IMG/VR virus record: IMGVR_UViG_3300031998_000028
Coordinates: 32,001-96,000 of that record
Direction: 5' to 3' (one strand)
DNA from: a virus
Lineage: Duplodnaviria; Caudoviricetes
Length of the DNA: 64,000 bases
Part shown: positions 1 to 12,204 of the stretch, piece by piece
Layout: each line of letters begins with the position of its first letter
Numbering within the stretch: the stretch's first letter is position 1
The notes under the pieces: model-generated
What the model saw: the letters and a program-made list of their open reading frames with translations, nothing else
Databases searched by the model: none
Told to the model about the DNA's origin: nothing
Made by a program: the position numbers and the translations under genes

Positions 1-796
1 TTGGAAGGAGGGTTAATTGACTTGGATCAGATACAAGTCCGACCTCTTCATTAATTGTTCCATCTCTATCAAGAAAAATTGCTTTTTGTTTATTTTTAAG
101 ATTTCGATGAAATGGAATATTATTAATTATATCATTACTTACTTGATAATATCTGTCTACTGTTCCTATATCTTTAACATATTCAGAAGATGAATAGGCG
201 TACAAATATTCTAAATATGGCAAAATCTCTTTTTCTAAATCAACTTTTGCGTGGTCTGGAAAAACATTTAGAATGCTTTTGTTAAAAATGTAAATACCAG
301 CATTTGTGCAATTATGTAGCCATTTATTTCGTGCTTGTCCTTTAAAGATAATTTGTCTTATACGATTATTTTCATCTAATTCAATTAAATCGGAATCATA
401 TGGATGTGAATTGGGATGAACAAATAATGTACCTTCTCCCTTATGCTGATGATGAAAGTTAATCATACGTTGAAAATTAATATTAAAGAACAAATCTCCA
501 TAAATTAGAAAAAAGTCATCATCTAACAGGTCTTGTATTATTGGTAAAGCACCAGCGGTTCCAAGCGGCTCGTCTTCTTCAAAATAACGTACTGTTCCGC
601 CAAATTTATCAAGAATTAAATCTCCTAAATGTCCAACCACTACAATAATATCATCTATTCCATTCTCTTTTAAATTTTCAATTTGCTATTGAAGTAGTGG
701 TTTCCCACAAATTTCAATCATTGGTTTTGGAATTTTATCTTGAGTGAGTGCTCTTAATCGAGTACCTTGGCCGCCGGCCATAATTACAGCTTGCAT
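1..796 (-). CDS. Sugar-phosphate nucleotidyltransferase (HddC-like) fused to a GmhB-type HAD phosphatase; runs off the window edge; code 15
   Basis: Begins [20 protein letters not shown]; has EPLGTAG and YGDLFF motifs; later [12 protein letters not shown] (GmhB motif). In-frame TAG at 686-688 (KPLLQ*QIE). Confidence 0.85.
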
Positions 797-799
797 ACT

Positions 800-1777
800 T
801 CACCTACTATCGTATATAACTTTAGTTCCGTCATCTTCAAAATTAAAAGGCATTTCTATTAAATCTAGTGCTTCTCTTAGCCGTGTTTGATGTGATTTTG
901 GGCAATAAAATAATAGAAATCCACCGTTACCTGCACCTAATAATTTACCGCCAAGGGCGCCATTATGTATAGCAATATCATAATATTTATCAATAATGGG
1001 ATTTGCAATTTTACTTGCCAAGCTACGTTTTAATATCCAGTTAGTGTGTAGTAAAAATCCAATTTCATCTAAATTGCCTACGCTGAGGGCGCGCCGTGCA
1101 TCATAAACAAGGTCAGTCATTTGTAATAATTTATCAAATTTTTCTTTGTCATCAATAATATTTTGACTTTGCTCTTGTAAAATTTGATTTGCTGAATGAG
1201 TAATACCAGTATAGAATAGTAACAAATTATTATTTAACTCTTGCATTACGTCATATTTTAAATATATCGGCTTTACTTTTACTTCTTCATTTGGCAAAAA
1301 TTTAATCATTTTGATGCCGCCAATAGCGGTTCCATATTGGTCTTGTTTTCCAATTGGCTCTTTTAAGATATTTAGCTCTAACTCACACGCTTCTTCTGCT
1401 ATTTGCGCCTATGAATATAATTCATCTTTATAATTGTGTAAAGCATTTATTAAGCCCACTGTATACGCACTTGAGGTAGAAAGTCCTGTACCTGAAAGTA
1501 CATCTGCCATACTTGTAATTTCTACACCTTTAACGTTATGTTTTAATAATAGCTCGCGCGCGATTGGATGTTGTATATCATGTACATCCTATACAATTTC
1601 AGTTTTATTATACTTTACTATTGTATCTTGTTGATTAAAGGTAGGGTGTATCATAATATACATATATTTATTAATCGTTGTCGTTAATACACAACCTTCA
1701 TGTTGGTGATAGAATGATGGTAAATCTGTTCCACCACCAATGAGGCTCACGCGAAATGGAGTTCGTGTAATAATCAT
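800..1777 (-). CDS. hddA: GHMP sugar kinase, D-glycero-D-manno-heptose 7-phosphate kinase-like; code 15
   Basis: MIITRTPFRVSLIGGGTD, GTGLSTSSA, GKQDQY and GGKLLGAGNGG motifs. One frame once TAGs at 1589-1591 and 1409-1411 are read through. Confidence 0.88.
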
Positions 1778-3156
1778 ACGTCTATTTTTAAGGATAAGTG
1801 AGTATTAGAGCCAGGACGACGATAGTTGTAGAAATAAGATGGTATAGATAGATACAGGACTTCGTCTCGTGTATTTGCTTTCAATACCCGTTCCATAAAT
1901 TCATTATCTTCTTGAAAGCGTATGTCTGCAAAACGAAAATCTTTAATAAAATCATATTTAAAAATATATTGCCAAACCATTGAAAAGTGTTGCATCTTAA
2001 AATAATTACTAACGAAATTTATTTGCATTATGTTTTCGCCTGGGTTATTCCACAAACTATCCATACATTGTTGAATGATTTCGTGGTTAATAATCCAATC
2101 ATCACCATCAACAAACCATATATACTTACCTTTGGCATAGTCAAGGCCGTAGTTACGCGCGGCCGCGACAGTTTTACCGTGACTATAAAGAATTTGATAG
2201 TTCATATCAGACATATAGGAACTAATTATTTTTTCTGTCGAGTCTGTTTCAGTATCTAAAACAAAAAGAATTTCATATTTAATTCCTATAAAGTTTACTA
2301 TGTGAAAGCTAAGAAGTAGATTTTTAATATAATCTGGAATATTTTTGCACGGAACAATAATTGATATATCCAATGGTTGAGTTTCTTCAGCTTTTATCTG
2401 TTGCCAAACTTCATCATCATAAAGGTCTTTTACATAATATTGAGGCCATAGATAGAAATATTTATAACTTGAATTTTGATTATTCCAAAACTTATAATTA
2501 AGCATATGGTATATTTTGACATCTTCAATAGGTGGAATATTTTTATAGTTTATATTTCCAAAATTGTAAATAGTGTCAAGATATTTAATATACCCATCAC
2601 AAGCTAAATTTATAGCATCTTGGTCTGGCAAAGGTAACTTAATATTATTAAGTATAGAAAACCATTTATCGTCAATTTTATTTTCTCGAATGAACTTTAA
2701 ATTGAATAAAACCACACCGGAATTAATGTATTTACTTTTCTACATTTTCTTGCGTGGCGGCATACACCAATCCATTATTAGGTCTTCATCTCTATCTTCA
2801 GGCCAGGCCGCGATAGCATAATCAGACATATCCATATTCCATAATTCATCAAGATTACCTAATACTAAAGTGTCTATATCAAGATATAACACTTTATCTT
2901 CTTCTAAAAGTTGTGGCAGCCAACACCGAGACATTTGCATGGCATTGGCGCCACTATTTGGGCCATCTGATAATGGGAAATTTGGGATTTTATCTTTACT
3001 AATAATTTTTATATTTTTTGTTCTTTTAATACAATCAAGTGTTTCGTCTTCGGTAATAATATACACAAAGGCGTCTGGATTGTGCGTAAATAAAGAGTTT
3101 AATGCAGTAGGTAAATACTAATCTACATTACGACTCGAAGTATATACAACTATCAT
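1774..3156 (-). CDS. Glycosyltransferase GT8 + GT2 fusion; code 15
   Basis: GT8 motifs KVLYLDID, YINSGV and PDQD; GT2 motifs ISIIVP, ARNYGL and FVDGDD. TAGs at 3118-3120 and 2740-2742; 460 aa. Confidence 0.85.
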
Positions 3157-3170
3157 TTTATCGTCTCCAT

Positions 3171-5504
3171 TTATAGACTTGAAATACTAATTACATGGTT
3201 ATTAGTTAATTTTATTAATCTGACGCCTTGTGTATCACGAAGGGACAGTGGAATATCATTGTACTTGATACGAATTTGAGTTGTTGTTGAATTAATGAGT
3301 ATATCTTCAGTAGAAACCAATGGTATAAAGTCACACATTTGTTCTGATTTTTGGATACGTACACCTTTAGTGTTAGTATTTGTAATATTAAAATCAGAAA
3401 GACGAGTAAGTTTACCATATCCATCTTCAGAAATACTGAATAGCTCTTTTGTCGTGGCTGGGATGGCTCGCGCGCTCTGTACGTAATCACCTGGATTTAA
3501 TTTCATACCCATAATGCCACGAGTTACACGACCAATAGCATTGATAGTGGATGAATTAATCATTATAAATTGACCTGCGCGTGACATTATGCCTATTTTT
3601 TCATCTATTAAAGTAAAGATAGAAGTAATTTCATCACCTGTATCTAGCTTTACAGCTTGCGCGCCGGTATTACGTTTGAGATTATATTCACTGAGCTTAC
3701 TTTTCTTTATGATGCCCTTACGAGTTATAAAGACAATAAAGCGATTTTCTTGTTTTGGATTTAGAATTACTGCGGCCGTGGCATTATCGGTAAGACCATA
3801 AGCAGAGAGATACTGTTTTTCTCCAATGGCAAAAGCATTGAGTTTTGTATGATAATAATTTCCTTTATTATTAAAGAAAAGAATTGTATCTGTATTTTGA
3901 CCTATAAGATTATCGACAATAAATTCATCAGAGTCAAGCTTAAATTTTGCACCGACTCCACCGCGGCGTTGTGTAAAGAGACTGGATGTTTCTATTACAA
4001 ATACTGCACCTTTGTTGGTGAAAGAAATAGAAAGTTGTTTTTCTTCTACTACTTCATCTTCATCGGAGATTATGTCCATAATTTTTGTGCGGCGCGCGTC
4101 ACCCAGTAGTTTAGAAATCTTTTGAAAACCTTTTTCAATTTCTTTATAGAAAAGAGTTTGGTCGTTGAGGATAGCATTAAGTTCGTCGCGCTTTTTCTCA
4201 AGTTCTGCTTTTTCTTTTTCAAGCTTTTCAACTTCCAAATGAGCAAGGCGTGCAAGCTTAAGGTCAAGGACGGCTTTTGCTTGGACATCATCAAGTAGGA
4301 ATTGTTTTGTAAGTTCAACGCGCGCCGTCTGTGAGGATGCACTAGACTTGATGACTTGCACTACTTCATCAATAGAAGCAAGACAAATCAAAAGCCCTTC
4401 AAGGATATGAATGCGGGCTTCTACTTCGTGGAGGTCATATAGAAATCCACAACGATAGACGAGTTTTTCATGTTTTAAATGCTCTTCAAGTGCTGCCTTC
4501 CATCCAAAAACTTGCGGGAAGCGGCCATCACGCAGCATTGTCATATTAATGCCGTAGTGAGATTGAAGTGAGGTATTTTTATAAAGTGATTTAAGAACTT
4601 TGGTTGGATTAGCCTTTTTGACGAGATAAATTTTTAAAAGAATTTTTTCTCCAGTGAGGTCGTTGTAGCGTTCAATACCAGGGTTGTCTTCGGATTCGAT
4701 TAAAGCATTAAGTTCTTCTCGGATTGTAGAAGTATAAACATTGTATGGGATTTCGGTCACTACAAAACAGTTATCTTTGGGGTCCCATTCGACCGTACTT
4801 CTTAACTTACAGGCCGCGCCCGTTCCATTTTTTAATGACTCTTTTACTTGGGATTCATTGAGTAAGGTCGCGCCCGTCGCAAAGTCTGGCGCGCAGTATA
4901 TATCTTCAAAGTCTATATCTGGATTCCACAATAATTTTATAAGTGCTTCATTGACTTCTTTAATATTGAATTGTGGAATCGAACTTGCTGCGCCAACTCC
5001 GATACCAAGAGAACCATTTACTATATTATAGTATCCTTTAGAGGGAAGAATTGCAGGATATTGCTTAGTATCATCATAGTTATCACGCCATTCTGCAATT
5101 GTGTCTTTATCTATATCTTCAATGATATGATTAAAAATCTCTGCCAGGCGTGCGGAGGTATAACGTGGAGCAGACCAGTTACCAGTCATTTTTGCATCGC
5201 CATTAGAACCTTCAACTTCGACAAGCGGATAGCGCATAGCAAAATCTTGGCTTGCGCGCATTATAATACCTTCACAAGAAGCGTCGCCATGAATGTAATA
5301 GTCTGCCATGGCGAGACCAATGGCGTTATTTGTCTTTTTGAACGGCTTACTATGCACAAGTTTATTTTGATACATAGAATAGAAGATTTGACGCGCAGAT
5401 GGCTTGAAGCAATCACGCACATCAGGAAGGGCGCGAGATTGTAATACTGCCCCAGCGTATGACGTAAAGGCAGTATTAATTATATCAGTCATTGTTTGGG
5501 ACAT
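3171..5504 (-). CDS. gyrA: DNA gyrase / type IIA topoisomerase subunit A
   Basis: RALPDVRD, YIHGD, catalytic APRYT, QRRGGVG GyrA-box-like motif and C-terminal pinwheel repeats. No TAG. Confidence 0.93.
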   Translation of the reverse strand: MSQTMTDIINTAFTSYAGAVLQSRALPDVRDCFKPSARQIFYSMYQNKLVHSKPFKKTNNAIGLAMADYYIHGDASCEGIIMRASQDFAMRYPLVEVEGSNGDAKMTGNWSAPRYTSARLAEIFNHIIEDIDKDTIAEWRDNYDDTKQYPAILPSKGYYNIVNGSLGIGVGAASSIPQFNIKEVNEALIKLLWNPDIDFEDIYCAPDFATGATLLNESQVKESLKNGTGAACKLRSTVEWDPKDNCFVVTEIPYNVYTSTIREELNALIESEDNPGIERYNDLTGEKILLKIYLVKKANPTKVLKSLYKNTSLQSHYGINMTMLRDGRFPQVFGWKAALEEHLKHEKLVYRCGFLYDLHEVEARIHILEGLLICLASIDEVVQVIKSSASSQTARVELTKQFLLDDVQAKAVLDLKLARLAHLEVEKLEKEKAELEKKRDELNAILNDQTLFYKEIEKGFQKISKLLGDARRTKIMDIISDEDEVVEEKQLSISFTNKGAVFVIETSSLFTQRRGGVGAKFKLDSDEFIVDNLIGQNTDTILFFNNKGNYYHTKLNAFAIGEKQYLSAYGLTDNATAAVILNPKQENRFIVFITRKGIIKKSKLSEYNLKRNTGAQAVKLDTGDEITSIFTLIDEKIGIMSRAGQFIMINSSTINAIGRVTRGIMGMKLNPGDYVQSARAIPATTKELFSISEDGYGKLTRLSDFNITNTNTKGVRIQKSEQMCDFIPLVSTEDILINSTTTQIRIKYNDIPLSLRDTQGVRLIKLTNNHVISISSL

Positions 5505-5733
5505 TATCATTCTCCTTTATTATTCGTTCATATCTAACATAAGGAGTACACTGACTAGTTAGCAAAGCCGCCCAGTTCATTCCAAGCATAAAACCAATAT
5601 CAAAATCTTTGGAATCAGCATAAGTAGAGTTTTGTATATATTTTTTATACTCACCAGACATAATATTATTTACAATAAAAGTTTGAAATTCTTTTTGGTC
5701 AATAAAAATACCACTTATTTTTTCGTTTTCCAT
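5485..5733 (-). CDS. Hypothetical protein
   Basis: 82-aa ORF with AGGAG RBS and its own TTGACT-17-TATAAT promoter. Confidence 0.65.
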   Translation of the reverse strand: MENEKISGIFIDQKEFQTFIVNNIMSGEYKKYIQNSTYADSKDFDIGFMLGMNWAALLTSQCTPYVRYERIIKENDNVPNND

Positions 5734-5801
5734 AATACATACTCCTTCTATTCTATATCTATTATATCATAAAAATTGAGAAAAGTCAAATTTGGCTTTT
5801 C

Positions 5802-7661
5802 TCATTCTCTTATTGTCTGAAAATCTATTTTATTAAAGACATAATCTTTTCGAGGTTCACCATCTTTGCCCATTAAAGCTTCAAGTAATGAAATAGAATC
5901 CGAAGCTGGCATTATCTGCTCAAAGCGTTGAAATTCTGGAGAAAACATTGAAGCGCGGGCTTGTGATGGAGTTAAACTACCAAGACCTTTATTGCGCTGG
6001 ACTTCACCTTTTACTTTTCCTTTAACTTTATTAAATTCATCATCAGAGAAGTAATAAGACTCTGTTTTTCCATTTTTCACTATATAGAGTGGGGAACGCA
6101 ACCAATAAAGGCGACCTTCTTGGATAAATTGCGGTGCGAGATATTGTAGACAAGCCATTATAAGAAGTGAGATATGACTTCCATCAGAGTCCGAGTCAAC
6201 ACAAATCCCAAGTTTTCCATAGCGTAATTTAGAAGCGTTATATTTGCCAGGAATTATATTCATCGCACTCAGCAGAAGTTTGATTTCTTCGTTCTGAAAT
6301 ACCTTTTCTTCGGGATTTGAAAGTGCATTAATAATTTTTCCACGGATTGCCATTAAACCATATTTCGTATAATCGCGCGCCTTTGATATGGAGCTGGCCG
6401 CAGAGTCTCCCTCAACTACCAACAGTATTGAGTCTGGCCCAAGTTTTTCTGCATCAAAGAGCTTATCGGAAGTAATCATTGATTTCTTTTGATTACGTTC
6501 TATTTCTTTTGTGGCTTCAAGAACTTGTTTGCGCGCTCGCTCGGCCGCGGCTTCTGCACGGGCTACCTTTTTCATTAATTCTACGATGCTTTCAAATTCA
6601 TCGGGATAACGCGCTTTCATATTTTTGAGAGCATTAGAGAAACAGTTGGAAGCCATTGTACGAAGATTTGTGTTATTGATTTTTGATTTGGTTTGGTTTG
6701 CGAAAGATGGTTGAGCAACAGAGCAATTAATTACATAGAATAGATTTTGACGAATGCTATCGCCATCAAAGTTTTGTTTTGAAAGTGAATTGAATGTGCG
6801 AGTAATTGCTGTTTTCGCTCCGGTGATGGGGCTGCCGCCTTCTGGACAGAGCAAACCATTTACAAATACATATGATTGCTCTCGTTTTGCGCCCCATTGG
6901 AAAGCAATTTCGAGCTTGTCGCCATTTGTATCAGTAATTGAGTCGTAGATAATAGACTTATTGAGGGGTTTTTCAATATTATCTTTAATGAAATCTTTTA
7001 TTCCATTCTTTGCGCAGTATCTATTTTCTTTATTAGTCTCTTCATTTTTAATTATAAAAGTAATACCGCTGTAAAGATAGGAAATATTTTTTATATCATC
7101 ACAAATTTTATCAAAAGAATAGCCAATTTCTCCGGTTTTAAAAACTTCGGGGTCTGGAATAAACCAGACTTCGGTTCCATTCGGTTGTGTAGTTTCTATT
7201 TCTTTATAGGAGTAAAGCTCGCCTTTTTTAAAATATGCTATCGCTTCAATTCCATCACGAAAGCTATCTACTTCAAATTCTAAGGCACTTAAACATACAC
7301 AAGAGCCTCCCACGCCGTTGAGGCCACTTGCATTTTTATATGCACCTTCCTCAAACTTTCCACCAGTATGAGATTTGGTATATACATCCACTAGTACTTC
7401 AGAGCCAGTTTCACTTTTGCCAAATGGGACGCCGCGCCCGTAGTCACGAATACGAATAGAGTTTTCTTTTTCGTTTACTGTAATTTCGATTTTAGTGCCA
7501 AAACCAGCTATTGCTTCATCGGTAGAGTTATTAATAATCTCTTTAAAGGCTTGATAAGTACCGTCTATATCATTACTACCAAGATACATGCTAATGCGGG
7601 TTCTAACACCCTCACGAAATGAAAGAGATTTTATATCTTTTATTCCATATGATTCATTCAT
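5802..7661 (-). CDS. gyrB: DNA gyrase / type IIA topoisomerase subunit B
   Basis: GHKL motifs EIINNSTDE, DYGRGVP and SGLNGVG; TOPRIM motifs VEGDSA, RGKI and DSDSDG; RNKGLG. No TAG. Confidence 0.93.
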   Translation of the reverse strand: MNESYGIKDIKSLSFREGVRTRISMYLGSNDIDGTYQAFKEIINNSTDEAIAGFGTKIEITVNEKENSIRIRDYGRGVPFGKSETGSEVLVDVYTKSHTGGKFEEGAYKNASGLNGVGGSCVCLSALEFEVDSFRDGIEAIAYFKKGELYSYKEIETTQPNGTEVWFIPDPEVFKTGEIGYSFDKICDDIKNISYLYSGITFIIKNEETNKENRYCAKNGIKDFIKDNIEKPLNKSIIYDSITDTNGDKLEIAFQWGAKREQSYVFVNGLLCPEGGSPITGAKTAITRTFNSLSKQNFDGDSIRQNLFYVINCSVAQPSFANQTKSKINNTNLRTMASNCFSNALKNMKARYPDEFESIVELMKKVARAEAAAERARKQVLEATKEIERNQKKSMITSDKLFDAEKLGPDSILLVVEGDSAASSISKARDYTKYGLMAIRGKIINALSNPEEKVFQNEEIKLLLSAMNIIPGKYNASKLRYGKLGICVDSDSDGSHISLLIMACLQYLAPQFIQEGRLYWLRSPLYIVKNGKTESYYFSDDEFNKVKGKVKGEVQRNKGLGSLTPSQARASMFSPEFQRFEQIMPASDSISLLEALMGKDGEPRKDYVFNKIDFQTIRE

Positions 7662-7663
7662 TT

Positions 7664-7924
7664 TTATACCCTCATTTCATCTGCGGCATTTATTAAATCC
7701 TTTTTTCTTTCATGTTCAAGTTTATTTAAATTATTAAAACGCTCATGCTCTGTTCTAAATTTCTTAAAATCATCAAGACAATTATTACACAGGCAAACGC
7801 CTTTTTCACCAAACCAAACGCCGCCCCATTGATAAGAACCGTTAGATTGATCTTTGTTAGGTAAAAGAAATGCAACCTTATTTTCTGTCACGCGGCCGCA
7901 TCTGTCACATAGTTTAATATACAT
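7664..7924 (-). CDS. Small Zn-binding hypothetical protein
   Basis: CDRC...CNNC motifs; RBS and sigma70-type promoter upstream. Confidence 0.65.
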   Translation of the reverse strand: MYIKLCDRCGRVTENKVAFLLPNKDQSNGSYQWGGVWFGEKGVCLCNNCLDDFKKFRTEHERFNNLNKLEHERKKDLINAADEMRV

Positions 7925-7997
7925 ATAAAAACTCCTTTCCCCATTCTATAACTCTATTATACCATAAATTTAAAGAGAAGTCAAATTTGACTTCTCC

Positions 7998-9284
7998 TTA
8001 ATTACCTTTTATATAGTTAGTATTTTGATTAAACACTGTTGTAAGATCTGCTTGTTCAACCCATGAGCCACTTACTTTTTTAAAGGCTTTTGTTATCTAT
8101 ACCCAACTTCCATTATTTTTAAAATATATTGTGTTTGTACTAGCTGTACTCACTACAATAGTATGGTCAGCAGTAATATTAGTAAGTGTATAACCCCAAT
8201 ATGTACGAGGAGTAAAAGCTTCATTTAAAGTAATTGAAACTTTAAATTGCAGACTATCATTATTAGAATCTGTGTAACTGTCCTTAAAATACTTTACATA
8301 AATGTAATGTTCTCCAGCAGTCACATTTGAATATGTTACAGTCTGCACACTGGACGAGTTGTTGTTCTTGCCGTTCCAATAGACATTTGATGTATCAGCA
8401 CTTGCGTTAGTATTTAAGGTTTTGTCTATATTTGATAGTAAACCATAGTCATATGTACTTTCTGCATAGTTAATTACACTAAATGTTATCGTTGCCGCCA
8501 CCGGAAGAACGAAATCCACCCGGCAGACGGCCGCAGAACTCGCATGAGCTTTGTTGTTGGACTCATAATAGTTGTTGTTGTTTAGGGCAAAGCCATAGGT
8601 TGTTGTTATATTTGTGACTGTATAACTCGCGCCCGTTTCTGTTCCCTAAACCAACTGGCTCGTTACATCGACGTTATTATCTGTGACGGTCGGCTTTGTA
8701 TCTTGATAAGCCTTGACTGTAAGAGATGTTCCTTCAAGAACACTCGTCGTTCCGCTCGGAGAAACGTCTGTTCCGCTTACACTTATGTTATGATAGACGG
8801 GAACGGTGTACTCAACATCTATTTCCGCACCATAAATATATATGTATGCGGTATTATTTCTATTCGACCGCTTGCAGTTGATTCGGATACCAAAGTTATC
8901 CCCATAACCTTTTAAGGTAGCCCAAGTTATTGTCGTATTTGAAAATGTCCTCGTTGCGGCCGATGTTCCGAAAGACGAAGCGCTGCCCGCAGAGCTTACT
9001 TGGGTCGTTCCATTATAACAGTAGAATGTGCCCGTACTGCCGTTGGTGTGGTAGCCTCTAAGCTTGATAGTTATACTGCTAACTATTGCATCATCCGGGA
9101 CAGAAGAGAAATTGAAGCCCCTTAAATATATATATCGGTTTGATGTTGAACCATTTATGTTTTCGACAGTGGCATAGGTACTGCTGTCCGTATTTGTATA
9201 GGCGTTTTCTGCATTGGTTACAGTTAGGTAGTTCGTTCCTGCATAGTTATATAGAATAGATGGTACTAATCTTGCTGTTGCCAT
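7998..9284 (-). CDS. Putative virion/tail-associated beta-rich protein; code 15
   Basis: ORFs 8646-9284 and 8097-8519 join across TAGs at 8646 and 8097 to TAA at 7998; T/S/N/Y-rich, 428 aa. Confidence 0.7.
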
Positions 9285-9292
9285 GATTCACC

Positions 9293-10459
9293 TCACGATG
9301 AGGTTTGGAGATAAATGTCTCCATTATTTCCTAAACCAGCAGAAGGAATGCCAGTTCCTGTATAATATGACTAAATTACAAGACTACCAGTAATAGAACT
9401 ACCTCTAACATATGCTGTTTTATTCTATAAAATATCTGCTGCAGAAGCTGTAGCATCTGAAGTAAATGTACCAGTTATACTTGTTATACCATCAGTAGCG
9501 TTAGCATCGCCGACTTTAACGGTACTTCCCATTTTGATTACACCTGCTGTTAAACCAGTTAAAACTACTGCTTTAATAGTTTGCTTACCGGTTAGGTATT
9601 GCCCTGACGCGATTGTTTGATCGGTGATCTAGGGATAGTATGTAGTAGCTGCTTTTACGGTAAGCTAAGATGTACTACTGCCACTGACCGTGATAGTTCC
9701 GGCTGTACCCCCATAGTTCCTTATATATCCACCCGAAATAGTTGGGGTTACGCTTTGTGACGCACTCGCCGTTACGGTAATCAAACCTGTCGAACTGTTC
9801 ACACTGATAGACGGATTTGCTGTTATTGTTGTGGCGGGAGTCGTAGCCGAGCCATTCGGAACAAGAAAATCGGTATAATTTGGGTAATATCCGGAATATC
9901 CATACACTACATATCTGCCACTGTCATACTCACCATTTAGAGAGGTACGAACCGGCACCCCAGACCCAACATAAGAACTGCTGATGGCATTTATCTACAC
10001 CGAATTTAGACCATCGTATCCAGTATCATAAGTAATTGTCTAACTAGATTCAGTTGGTACAATACCAGTTTTTGTCTAAAGATTTGGAGAAGCTGCTGAG
10101 ACAGCTACATTAACTGAAGCATAGGCTGCGATGTCAATTCCGGTTCCGTTGGCTGTAATTGTTGAAGTGCCAGTAGGAACTATATATTGACTTGGAATTG
10201 CATTTATCTAAACAGAAGATAATCCATCATATCCATTATCTGCTGTAATTGTCTAACTACTTCCTGTTGGAGATATATTACTTTTTGATTGTAATACTGG
10301 TACGCCACTACCACTACTACCTGTGCCTGTAACCTATGTACCATCCGCAAGATGGCCAACATAACCAGATAGAATATGACTAGCGGAGGTAACTGTATCC
10401 TATGATAAGTCAATAAGTGTAGTTCCATTTGCTGTAACTTTATTATAAATTGTTGGCAT
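9293..10459 (-). CDS. Putative tail-fibre-associated protein; code 15
   Basis: Starts MPTIYNKVTANGTTLIDLS*DTVT. Multiple in-frame TAGs; repeated (Q)TITADxGYDGL-type units; N-terminus shared with 14695-14955 and 14969-15565. Confidence 0.7.
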
Positions 10460-10471
10460 ATCAGTTCCTCC

Positions 10472-11383
10472 TCACGATGTGCGTATTAGTGACATATGGT
10501 CACTATCCGCGCCGGTTCCGGATATTCTCATATACTTTGCGTTTGCCGGAATATTTGACCCGCTGATATTTCCATACCCAGTGTTGCTGTCATCCGGGTC
10601 GGCTGTGGCATAGTTATAAACATAAATAGTTGCAATTGCAGCCTTTGCTTCTGTATAGAATGCCATATATGTCCACAGTCCTGCTCTGTAAGAGAAGTTC
10701 ATTCCGGTCTCAACAGGTGTATAATCAGAAGCATAATACCATTGCTGAGATGTGGCGCCGCCCTGAGCGTCTATTGTCGTATCGCTAGATACTTTTGTGT
10801 AATCAATGAGTTGCGTATTAATTGGAATAGTAGTTGGTTCATACCATGCAACGTCATCAAGCTCGGCGAGGGTTACAGTCTTATTGTTATACGTCACAGG
10901 AGTATAAGAAGTTATCATTGTACCAATTAATGAATCATCATAGTAGACATCTATATCTGTATCTGTACTATCAGAAAATTCTAAATGTATAGTGTGCTAT
11001 GTAACTGATGGTGTGCCACCACCGCTACTATTACTAGCGGTAATTTCTGCTGTTATACCGGTGCTATTTGCAGAATCGGTAATAGTAAATGAGTTAGGCA
11101 CATTGACTATTACTGAAGAATATCCATCTGCACTATCATCTACAGCGGAATACGTAGCATTAGCTGCAATATTTTTTGTAATTAATACTGCGCTACTGCC
11201 GCTGCCTGCAACATTAACAGATGCAATTGCGTATGAAGTAATATCTATATTTGAACTATTTGCGGTAATTTCTAAAGTTCCTTGCGGCCTTATATATGTT
11301 AAAGTAGATGAACTACTCGCGGCCGCTTTAAAACCAGCAACATTACTATAAGTTGTACCAAATATGGTTAAAGAGTCAGGCAT
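10472..11383 (-). CDS. Putative tail-associated protein; code 15
   Basis: ORFs 10997-11383 and 10472-10918 are one frame across the TAG at 10997. Confidence 0.7.
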
Positions 11384-11802
11384 TATGCCACCTCCACATA
11401 TAACCCCACTAAATCAGCTAAATTATTATATACAGGCACTCCAGTACTACGAGTACAACGATATACAATATCATTTTGGCTATAATATTTATTTTCAATG
11501 AGTTCCATATTATTATTGTATGGGATTGGGTTATCAATAGAATCTCCTTGACCTGGGCGCTCAACTTCTGCATAGAGTGAGGCAGTATATATAGATGGAG
11601 GATAGGTTTCTTGAGAGGTATGGTCTTGAAGAACTTTCCATAATTTTTCGTCGTAACGAAGACGAAGATTTTGTTTATAGAAGGTGTCTTTTGTCCATAT
11701 TGGATATAATTCAATTGAATTTAATGCATCAGAATCAGAAAGTGATTCCGCGGCTTTCTCAATATAGGGGCGTAATTGTCTTGCCCGTTCTGTATGCGTC
11801 AT
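11383..11802 (-). CDS. Phage protein with CBM5/12-like aromatic motifs
   Basis: YPIW...RYDEKLWKVLQDHTSQ..PP pattern typical of tail-operon proteins. Confidence 0.6.
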   Translation of the reverse strand: MTHTERARQLRPYIEKAAESLSDSDALNSIELYPIWTKDTFYKQNLRLRYDEKLWKVLQDHTSQETYPPSIYTASLYAEVERPGQGDSIDNPIPYNNNMELIENKYYSQNDIVYRCTRSTGVPVYNNLADLVGLYVEVA

Positions 11803-11819
11803 TTTTCCCTCCAAAATTA

Positions 11820-11984
11820 TTAAGTGTCATATTCTGCACCTTCATCTTTAGGTGGTGGTGTTGTTTCTTGTACTTGTTCGCCTAATAAAATGCGCGCAGC
11901 ATCAATATAGTCTTTAAATTCTGGATCAATTAATACCTTGACTTTTTGATGGCCATTTTCATATGTTGTTTCTATTTTAAACAT
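11820..11984 (-). CDS. Small hypothetical protein
   Basis: 54 aa, MFKIETTY...AARILLGE; RBS AGGAG; shares AARILLG with the upstream gene. Confidence 0.55.
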   Translation of the reverse strand: MFKIETTYENGHQKVKVLIDPEFKDYIDAARILLGEQVQETTPPPKDEGAEYDT

Positions 11985-12204
11985 CGAGGTCTCCTAGCAA
12001 AATGCGCGCGGCTTCTGCATATTCTATTTCTTCATCTTTTTCGTTGAGAGGCATTAGCTCTCCTTCTGTGTATGTTCGCTAAAATTCGGCTGGGTCATAG
12101 GCCTCACTATATGATACATTGTCACGAACAATATAACGATGCGAATTAGAATATGTATGAATAAATTCTTCATCATTTATATAAAAACTTTCTGTTATAA
12201 TCAT
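11977..12204 (-). CDS. Small protein, paralog of 12204-12431; code 15
   Basis: MIITESFYINDEEF..DPAEF*RTYTEG; similarity to the paralog continues past the TAG at 12079-12081. Confidence 0.75.
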
